A stretch of DNA of 64,000 nt from Chloropicon primus (taxonomy: Eukaryota): positions 372,001-436,000 of the forward strand of contig CP060764.1 in NCBI GenBank assembly GCA_023205875.1. Reading direction: 5' to 3'. The notes beneath the pieces were generated by a model. It was not told the DNA's origin and made no database searches. It was given only the letters and a program-made list of their open reading frames with translations. Positions 36,068-44,509 of the stretch are shown here, piece after piece (the first letter of the stretch is position 1; each line of letters begins with the position of its first letter). Position numbers and translations under genes: made by a program.

Positions 36068-39000
36068 TCAAAGACACAGAGTGGTTTGGGCCTTCCTTGA
36101 GGAGTACGATCTTTGACTGTACAAAGACGAGCTGGATGGACTTCTCATCACGTCTTGCAGCTCATCAAACTTCGCGAAGTCTATGGTGGAACGCCCGTCC
36201 CTGAGCACCATCATATCGGCGAACCTCTTTGAGAGCTCGAGCTGGGAGGCGCTGTTATATGAGCACTTTGCACAAACCTCAGCCTGGTAGACGGGGTCGA
36301 GGGCCGTCACGATGACCTGGAAAGCCATGACGTTGTCTGGATTTTTCATGTCTTCGGGGCTCAGGCTGAACAAAGGAGACTCCTCGTCGATCCTGTGAGT
36401 AATGTTGTAGAATCCGCTGATCGTTCCAGGCAACGCCACGGGCAGCTCGACGATTTTGACAAAGTCCTCGCCCTCGGAAGTCTCCTGCTCCTTCAGCACA
36501 AACAATCGCAGCGACGGATTGTAAAGGGTGTGGCAGCGGAGGTTACCAACGCGAAGGCAGAGGTGCCGGACCCCATCTCGCGTGAACAGGCAGATCTTGT
36601 CCGAGAAAACCACATCTGCTTTCGGAGACTGGAACTTGGCCAGCACCGCAGCGAAGACGAAGACGTTGATCAGGATGCCCGACAACTGCGAGAGCGTCGC
36701 AATCAAGTACCCAACGTTCGATGTGGGGAAGACCGTTCCATACCCCATAGAGATGACATTGGCTGCGGCAAACCTGAAAGCCATGATGACCTGCGGCGGA
36801 GGATCCCCGTTGTAGAAGATCTCCGCCTCCTCGGTGTCATTGTCGAAACGCAGGGGGATGCTGATCAGGGCGACCACGACGATTGGAAGACCGTACATGA
36901 TCATTGCCAAAAGGCAGCAGAACCACCAAGACTTCTCCAGAATGAGAAAGTACAGGGTCGAGGGCGTAAACCTCAGCAGTCTTGAAGACGTGGTTGCCGG
37001 CCTTGAAGTTGAAATCGAGCCCGCCCTTTTAATCAGCCCCCGAACCTTTTCTTTCTTCCCTCTCTGGGATTGGAGCGCGGAAAGGATTGGAGGAATGCCT
37101 TTCGCTATTTCCCAGTTTGATCCCTTGGCCAATCCATCGTCATCGACGCTTGACCCGCATGGAAGTTCCGCGCCATTCTGGTGGTTACGAGAGCTCTTCT
37201 CTCTCGCCTTGGCCAGAGCCTCTTGAATGACCGGCAAAAGCTCCGGGGACAAACCATAAATTTTCTGGCAGACCGTCCGCAGGATGTACACGTCCAGGTT
37301 GCCGCCTGGTGTGACCTCTCTGCCCAGCCCGAACACGGCTTCCCAGGACCCCCTCCCGGAGAACCTTTCGAGGTACGCAAACGTCAGAGGCGCGATCTCA
37401 GCGAAGGGTGACCCCAACTTTGCAAGGCCGCTCTCCGTCAGGTTGTAGACTGTCCACAGTTTCGAGACGAGGCGGCAATCCAACAGACCCGGTTCGTCGC
37501 CGCACAAGTAATCGCTCAGCGACAGGGCCTCCTCCCAACGACCAAGACCCTCCCTCACAATCCCTTGCAAGGCAGCCACCCCTTTGCTGACATCACCCTC
37601 GTCCGGATCAACGCCGTGCTTTTGCAGGAGGAAGGAGCGCATCCCGTTCGGCTTGGCAGGAGCCATGAGCAAGGCGAATGCCGCCATCTGCACGTCCAAC
37701 CCGTCTTTGCTCGCGCCTGCCATGGTTGGCGGCCTCGCACTTGCCAGGGAGCCCACGAGGGCTGACTTGACGACGAGCGTGTCGATTATGCTGTCGGTGC
37801 CGTCCAGCCACTCCTGGGACTGTGCCAGCCTGAGGCCCGGGGTCTCCATCTTTGCATTCACCTTTTTGTGCCACTCGGGCTTGTCCGCCAGGTCTGCACG
37901 GTAGCACCGGTACGCCTCGCCCGCTTCGGACAGGAGCAGGGCCACCGAAGCCGAGAAGGAGCACTCGGGCAGCATCGCAGATCGAGGGAACTCGGGTCCG
38001 TCCAGGACCGCGTCGCCGTAGCTCGCCCTGCCGCACCCCACAAGAAGCTCAATCTCCTCGCTCCTCGTGGGCGGCGCCTCGCTGTTGCACATCTCCGGCA
38101 GAGCGGGACGACTCATGGCGCGGACCACGTCTTCGTCTTCACCACGCCTGCTCCTGGCCAGAGCCTCTTGAATGACCGGCAAAAGCTCCGGGGACAAACC
38201 ATAAATTTTCTGGCAGACCGTCCGCAGGATGTACACGTCCAGGTTGCCGCCTGGTGTGACCTCTCTGCCCAGCCCGAACACGGCTTCCCAGGACCCCCTC
38301 CCGGAGAACCTTTCGAGGTACGCAAACGTCAGAGGCGCGATCTCAGCGAAGGGTGACCCCAACTTTGCAAGGCCGCTCTCCGTCAGGTTGTAGACTGTCC
38401 ACAGTTTCGAGACGAGGCGGCAATCCAACAGACCCGGTTCGTCGCCGCACAAGTAATCGCTCAGCGACAGGGCCTCCTCCCAACGACCAAGACCCTCCCT
38501 CACAATCCCTTGCAAGGCAGCCACCCCTTTGCTGACATCACCCTCGTCCGGATCAACGCCGTGCTTTTGCAGGAGGAAGGAGCGCATCCCGTTCGGCTTG
38601 GCAGGAGCCATGAGCAAGGCGAATGCCGCCATCTGCACGTCCAACCCGTCTTTGCTCGCGCCTGCCATGGTTGGCGGCCTCGCACTTGCCAGGGAGCCCA
38701 CGAGGGCTGACTTGACGACGAGCGTGTCGATTATGTTGTCGGTGCCGTCCAGCCACTCCTGGGACTGTGCCAGCCTGAGGCCCGGGGTCTCCATCTTTGC
38801 ATTCACCTTTTTGTGCCACTCGGGCTTGTCCGCCAGGTCTGCACGGTAGCACCGGTACGCCTCGCCCGCTTCGGACAGGAGCAGGGCCACCGAAGCCGAG
38901 AAGGAGCACTCGGGCAGCATCGCAGATCGAGGGAACTCGGGTCCGTCCAGGACCGCGTCGCCGTAGCTCGCCCTGCCGCACCCCACGAGAAGCTCAATCT

Positions 39001-40006
39001 CCTCGCTCCTCGTGGGCGGCGCCTCGCTGTTGCACATCTCCGGCAGAGCGGGACGACTCATGGCGCGGACCACGTCTTCGTCTTCACCACGCCTGCTCCT
39101 GGCCAGAGCCTCTTGAATGACCGGCAAAAGCTCCGGGGACAAACCATAAATTTTCTGGCAGACCGTCCGCAGGATGTACACGTCCAGGTTGCCGCCTGGT
39201 GTGACCTCTCTGCCCAGTCCGAACACGGCTTCCCAGGACCCCCTCCCGGAGAACCTTTCGAGGTACGCAAACGTCAGAGGCGCGATCTCAGCGAAGGGTG
39301 ACCCCAACTTTGCAAGGCCGCTCTCCGTCAGGTTGTAGACTGTCCACAGTTTCGAGACAAGGCGGCAATCCAACAGACCCGGTTCGTCGCCGCACAAGTA
39401 ATCGCTCAGCGACAGGGCCTCCTCCCAACGACCAAGACCCTCCCTCACAATCCCTTGCAAGGCAGCCACCCCTTTGCTGACATCACCCTCGTCCGGATCA
39501 ACGCCGTGCGTTTGCAGGAGGAAGGAGCGCATCCCGTTCGGCTTGGCAGGAGCCAAGGACAAGGCGAATGCCGCCATCAACACGTCCAACCCGTCTTTGC
39601 TCGCGCCTGCCATGGTTGGCGGCCTCGCACTTGCCAGGGAGCCCACGAGGGCTGACTTGACGACGAGCGTGTCGATTATGTTGTCGGTGCCGTCCAGCCA
39701 CTCCTGGGACTGTGCCAGCCTGAGGCCCGGGGTCTCCATCTTTGCATTCACCTTTTTGTGCCACTCGGGCTTGTCCACCAGGTCTGCACGGTAGCACCGG
39801 TACGCCTCGCCCGCTTCGGACAGGAGCAGGGCCACCGAAGCCGAGAAGCAGCACTCGTGCAGCATCGCAGATCGAGGGAACTCGGGTCCGTCCAGGACCG
39901 CGTCGCCGTAGCTCGCCCTGCCGCACCCCACGAGAAGCTCAATCTCCTCGCTCCTCGTGGGCGGCGCCTCGCTGTTGCACATCTCCGGCAGAGCGGGACG
40001 ACTCAT
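36068..40006 (-). CDS. Fusion of three DHAR/CLIC-like GST-fold units with an inward-rectifier K+ channel (Kir)
   Basis: Single uninterrupted ORF, first ATG at 40006. Each unit contains EC[CS]FS...DKPEW...ETPGL and YLCGDEPGLLDCRLVSKLW. The C-terminus has TM1, ISMGYG, TM2 AKFQSPK, VFSDK...RDG...CLRVGNLR and THRIDEESPL. Confidence 0.85.
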   Translation of the reverse strand: MSRPALPEMCNSEAPPTRSEEIELLVGCGRASYGDAVLDGPEFPRSAMLHECCFSASVALLLSEAGEAYRCYRADLVDKPEWHKKVNAKMETPGLRLAQSQEWLDGTDNIIDTLVVKSALVGSLASARPPTMAGASKDGLDVLMAAFALSLAPAKPNGMRSFLLQTHGVDPDEGDVSKGVAALQGIVREGLGRWEEALSLSDYLCGDEPGLLDCRLVSKLWTVYNLTESGLAKLGSPFAEIAPLTFAYLERFSGRGSWEAVFGLGREVTPGGNLDVYILRTVCQKIYGLSPELLPVIQEALARSRRGEDEDVVRAMSRPALPEMCNSEAPPTRSEEIELLVGCGRASYGDAVLDGPEFPRSAMLPECSFSASVALLLSEAGEAYRCYRADLADKPEWHKKVNAKMETPGLRLAQSQEWLDGTDNIIDTLVVKSALVGSLASARPPTMAGASKDGLDVQMAAFALLMAPAKPNGMRSFLLQKHGVDPDEGDVSKGVAALQGIVREGLGRWEEALSLSDYLCGDEPGLLDCRLVSKLWTVYNLTESGLAKLGSPFAEIAPLTFAYLERFSGRGSWEAVFGLGREVTPGGNLDVYILRTVCQKIYGLSPELLPVIQEALARSRRGEDEDVVRAMSRPALPEMCNSEAPPTRSEEIELLVGCGRASYGDAVLDGPEFPRSAMLPECSFSASVALLLSEAGEAYRCYRADLADKPEWHKKVNAKMETPGLRLAQSQEWLDGTDSIIDTLVVKSALVGSLASARPPTMAGASKDGLDVQMAAFALLMAPAKPNGMRSFLLQKHGVDPDEGDVSKGVAALQGIVREGLGRWEEALSLSDYLCGDEPGLLDCRLVSKLWTVYNLTESGLAKLGSPFAEIAPLTFAYLERFSGRGSWEAVFGLGREVTPGGNLDVYILRTVCQKIYGLSPELLPVIQEALAKAREKSSRNHQNGAELPCGSSVDDDGLAKGSNWEIAKGIPPILSALQSQRGKKEKVRGLIKRAGSISTSRPATTSSRLLRFTPSTLYFLILEKSWWFCCLLAMIMYGLPIVVVALISIPLRFDNDTEEAEIFYNGDPPPQVIMAFRFAAANVISMGYGTVFPTSNVGYLIATLSQLSGILINVFVFAAVLAKFQSPKADVVFSDKICLFTRDGVRHLCLRVGNLRCHTLYNPSLRLFVLKEQETSEGEDFVKIVELPVALPGTISGFYNITHRIDEESPLFSLSPEDMKNPDNVMAFQVIVTALDPVYQAEVCAKCSYNSASQLELSKRFADMMVLRDGRSTIDFAKFDELQDVMRSPSSSSLYSQRSYSSRKAQTTLCL

Positions 40007-40031
40007 GGCGCGGACCACGTCTTCGTCTTCA
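37210..40031. repeat. Tandem triplication of a 945-bp coding unit
   Basis: Near-identical sequence at a 945-bp period (e.g. GGCCAGAGCC at 37211, 38156, 39101) with only a handful of substitutions. Confidence 0.97.
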
Positions 40032-40227
40032 ACCAACGCCAACTCTCTCCTCTCCTCTTCCTCTTCCTCTCTCTCTCTCTCTCCTCTGGCTGAAATCGAG
40101 AGAGAGAGAATAACGGGCGAGCAGGCGTTACGGCGATTGGGTTGTTGAGAGGATAAGAATAGCATCGCGAGACGTTCGCAAGTACGCGTGTACCAGGCGT
40201 CGCCAACTGCGAGAGAAGGCCTAGACG

Positions 40228-42190
40228 ATGGCGGATAAGGCTCCGCTTCCCTCGAATATTGGTACCTACCTTGGTGAGTTTGCTTTTTTGACCTAGATGA
40301 GCTTGAAACCCTCGTCCTCCCTCTCTCTCTTGTGCCACGGCTCGAATGGTGTTGGGACTAACGGCGGGGTGTCTGTGCCTGGTTGAACGTTTCTCGCCCT
40401 CCTTTGCTTTTGTCAGGGCGCCGGTTTGTTGAGTTTGGTGTGGAGGTAAGTGCTTTTGAGCAAGAAAACGACGCCTGCCCCCCCCCAGCGCATGGCCGTA
40501 GGATGCCCTCTTGTTCTTGTTCTGACCTGCTGACTTCTTGGTCTAGGACTTTTTCTGCGTGCCAGGGGATTACAACTTGGTCCTCTTGGACCAGCTTTTG
40601 GTTGTTCCTGGACTCAGGATGATCAATTGCTGCAACGAGTTGAACGCCGGCTATGCGGCCGACGGCTACGCCAGAGTGAAAGGCGTCGGCGTACTGGTTG
40701 TCACGTTCACAGTGGGCGGCCTCTCGGCGATCAATGCGGTGGCTGGGGCGTACTCTGACAACCTCCCGCTCGTCGTGATCAGCGGGGGTCCGAACTCGAA
40801 CGACTTTGGGACGGAGAGGGTGCTCCACCACACCATCGGCCACCCTAATTTTCGCCAAACCTTGGAGTGCTACAAGCAGGTGACCTGCCACCAAGCGGTG
40901 ATCAAGAGCATGGAGAATGCTGCTCAGAAGATCGACGAGAGCCTTGAAATGGCTTTGAAGTGCAAGAAACCCGTGTACATCGAAGTGGCGTGCAACCTCA
41001 GCGGCGTCGAGCACGGATCCTTGCTCGGCCCTCGCCCGCTCATCTTCCCCACGGAGCTCAGCAACGAGTCTGAGCTGCACGCTTGCGTCGATGACATCCT
41101 GGGAGTTCTCAGCGCCGCGGTCAAGCCCGTGCTCGTGTCTGGTTGCAGGATCAGGAAGCACGACGCCAAGGAAGCGCTGAAACTTCTCGCGGATGCCTGC
41201 GGCTATGCTTTTGCCAGCATGCCGAACGGCAAGGGCATGATTGACGAGGATCACCCGAATTACATCGGGACGTACTGGGGCCAAGTGAGTGACCCCTACG
41301 TCTGCGAGACGGTCGAATCCGCGGATTTTTACCTTTTTATCGGTCCCGTTTTCAATGACTACACGACAACAGGATATTCGACGCTCGTGAAGGAGGAGAA
41401 GATGATCATGATCAGGGGGAGGGAGGTCTCGATCTGTGGAAGGAAGAGGTACCACGGGGTGAGGATGGCAGATGTGCTCGAGCTGCTGTCCAGAAAGGTG
41501 AAGAAGAACGACGCCAGCATGAAGAACTTCGAGCGGATGTTTGTCCCTCCTGGGAATCCTCCGGCCCTGGGAAAAGGGGAGAAGCTCCAGACCAACGTGC
41601 TGATGCACCACATCCAGGCTCTGGTGACGGAAGGGAACTTCGCCCTGTGCGTGGAAACTGGAGACAGCTGGTTCAATGGGCAGAAGCTGAGGCTGCCAAA
41701 GGGGACCCCATACGAGTTCCAAATGCAGTACGGCTCCATCGGGTGGAGCGTCGGCGCAACGCTGGGGATGAGCACAGCTCTCAAGGATGAGAGGAGGGTC
41801 CTCGCCCTCATTGGAGACGGCAGCTTTCAAATGACGGCGCAGGACGTGTCGTCCATGGTCAGGTTCGGGGCGAACCCTCTGATCATACTCATCAATAACG
41901 ATGGGTACACGATCGAGGTGGAGATCCACGACGGGCCCTACAACAACATCTTGCAGTGGGATTACTGCAAGATGGTAGACGCGGTCTCAAACGGCCAGAC
42001 AGCCTTCACCTACAAGGTCACCACCGAGACGGAGGCGGAAGAGGCTCTCAGACTGGCTTGTTCCAAGGAGAGGAGCAAACACCTCAACTTCATCGAGTGC
42101 ATGATCGACAGAGATGACTGCTCCAAGGAGCTTCTCGAGTGGGGAAGCCGAGTTGCAGCGGCAAACGGCCGACCTCCTAGCATGTCATAA
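40228..42190 (+). CDS. PDC: Pyruvate decarboxylase
   Basis: Exons 40228-40273, 40417-40445, 40547-42190. VPGDYNL, CCNELNAGYAADGYAR, VLHHTIG, QYGSIGW, GDGSFQ...NN TPP motif, IEVEIH. Confidence 0.95.
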
Positions 42191-42532
42191 AAAGAAAGGA
42201 CGAACAAGTTTCTCCTCCATTTTTCATTCTATTTTCTTCATTTTCTAAAAGAAAGGACCCCTTCTTCTTCAATTACGTCTTGGACTCCACCTTCTCTTCT
42301 CCGAGACGAAGACGGAATCATCACGGATGCCCTATAGCCAGTAACAATCCAGTAGCAATCCAGTAGCAACACCTCCTCCTCCCTTCCCTCCTCCTCCTCC
42401 TCCTCCCTCCTCTCCTCACAAGCTCACAAGGGATTAGCACACATTGTCCTTGGGATGAGACTCGAGCTCGAGTCTCAAAGAAGAGAAGGGAAGGGAAGGG
42501 GAGAGAGAGAGAGAGAGAGAAGCGTCGCGTCG

Positions 42533-42571
<39 letters not shown>

Positions 42572-42573
<2 letters not shown>

Positions 42574-43219
42574 GTACAAGGCAAGCGTTGTGGTGGCCAC
42601 TATGGCCGTGCTGATGGTCGCTGGAGCGAGCGCTCACAAGGTCGACTTGAACTTTTTGAACAACATCGAGGTGAACATCCCCGTGGAGTTTGACAACGGA
42701 AACACCTACAACTTGGCTGGCAAGGCGGAGAAGCTCTTGGACAAGGCCTTGGACGTGGCCGAGAACTACGTGGAGCACTTGCTCGAGGGAATGAACCACG
42801 AGGAGGTTGTGGAGCCCACCGAGGAGCGCCCAGGACCATTCTGCAGAAAGGCCGTCGCCGCTTGCAAGGAAGATGCCAAGCAGTGCTTTGGAGCCTTGAA
42901 GAGGTGCCCACACATCAAGAGGTGCGCTGCCGAGAAGAAGAAGTGCTGGTCCGCCATCAAGGAGTGCAAGGAGGACAAGGACAGAAAGGAGTGCAGGGAG
43001 GCCAAGGAGACCTGCGTTGACGCCAAGGAGACCTGCACCAGGGTCATCAAGGGCTGCAAGGAGTGCTGGAGGCCATGCGGTGCCGCCAAGGCCAAGTGCG
43101 CTGCTGCCAAGCACATCTGCCACAAGAAGGGCTTGCTCGAGCACTTGAAGGATTTGATCCCTGAGGGACCTCTCCCAAGAAGAGCCGGAAACCCATTGAT
43201 CCTTCCAAACAACGCCTAA
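42572..43219 (+). CDS. Secreted Cys/Lys-rich protein of unknown function
   Basis: Signal peptide MYKASVVVATMAVLMVAGASA, 15 Cys mostly spaced 7 apart, strong codon bias similar to the ADP/ATP carrier gene. Confidence 0.8.
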
Positions 43220-43606
43220 ATATATTTATTATCCTTTGTCATCCTCATCATCGTCGACGACGCCCGACACGAGACCGCCGAGTATGCTGCAAAGCAAGTG
43301 GCGGGTCCATTCATTTCCCGATCCATCGAAAGTTTGAGACCCAAGCCTTTCCTTGGATCGTGGTCTCTCTTCTCCCATTCATCCATCCCTCCATCCTCCT
43401 CCTGGTTCGGCAGGAGTCCCCTGCTGCTGCTGCAGGATCTCCTCGCGCGAAACCCTGAAGGAGAGGAGGAGTTGACAACGCGAGTGAGAGTAACGCTCGG
43501 GTTCGTCGACGCAACAAGGGGGAGGGAAGGTGTTTATCAATGAACTTTGTGCAAGGACTGGTGATTGAGAAATAATTTAGGATCTACCTAAACATAAACC
43601 CATTGA

Positions 43607-44161
43607 CTACTTGGTTACTACAATGTATCTCTCCGGCTCGACGCCGTCGCTTTGACTGGTGAATCCGCGTCTCTTGCACTCGGCATGCACGGCGGCACGC
43701 CTCACACTTGTCATCGGCGGCAACGTCAACGTGGCGGCGCTTGACTGTTCGAACTCGTCCAACCGATCAATCGTCGCTCGGCCGATCCGTTTCATAGCGC
43801 GTCGACTGAGCTCTTTGCGCGGCGGTTTGATCCAATTGAGAGACACATCGACCTCAACGGTGTTCCGTCTGCCGCACGCGTTGCATTCTTCCTTTTCAGC
43901 AAGCATCGTGCCGCGATTGTTGTTCCCGTCACTGGTAAAGACCATGTAGTATGGGCACTCCAGCGAGCACCATCCTTCAGTTTCGGCGGGGATTTCCATC
44001 GCCGCGCCGCAATGGCAGCATGCCCAGTGCACATCGTCCCAATGAGCTATCACAGCGACCTGCTTGCCGCAATCGCACAGTCGGTCAACATCATCAAGAT
44101 CATCAAGATCGTCCAGATCGTCAACATCGTCAACGTCGTCGGGGGTGCGTTTTTGAGACAT
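43607..44161 (-). CDS. Cys-motif (putative Zn-binding) protein with C-terminal R3H domain
   Basis: LTLPPMTSVRRAAVHAECKRRGFTSQSDGVEPERYIVVTK is R3H-like (RxxxH). Upstream CDC, CCHC, CSLEC and CNAC motifs. Confidence 0.7.
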   Translation of the reverse strand: MSQKRTPDDVDDVDDLDDLDDLDDVDRLCDCGKQVAVIAHWDDVHWACCHCGAAMEIPAETEGWCSLECPYYMVFTSDGNNNRGTMLAEKEECNACGRRNTVEVDVSLNWIKPPRKELSRRAMKRIGRATIDRLDEFEQSSAATLTLPPMTSVRRAAVHAECKRRGFTSQSDGVEPERYIVVTK

Positions 44162-44509
44162 GTCCACCGACCCGGACCTCAGGTATCGCGCCTTCGCTTG
44201 TTCGCTAGCTTGTTCGTTCCTCGACTGGTGCGAAAGAGGGAGGCGTGACGACTTCTTCCTTGCCCAAACAGAGGGGACTCGAAGGCCGCGACGAGGGCGA
44301 GCGTTGGGACAGGGCGGGAGGGAGGGACAGAGAGAGGCGCAAACACCAGGTCTTCGTCTCTTCGTCCTTGACTTCTCGCTCGCTCGAAAGAAACGACCGA
44401 CGACGACGCTCTTGTGAGGAGGTTGAAGTTTAGGTTTAGGTTTTAGGCGTTACGACTGGGAGAGCAAGAAGAAGAAGAAAATGGGATTTTCATACAATAT
44501 TATCCAATC

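Noticed and set aside
36068..40165. ORF-track start at 40165 for the GST-Kir gene
   Set aside because: The start is non-ATG and runs through an (AG)n tract; the first ATG at 40006 is more plausible.
44429..44447. TTTAGG/TTTTAGG telomere-like run (also CCTAAAA x2 near 52925)
   Set aside because: Only 2-3 imperfect units, internal to a gene-dense region; not enough to call a telomere or fusion scar.
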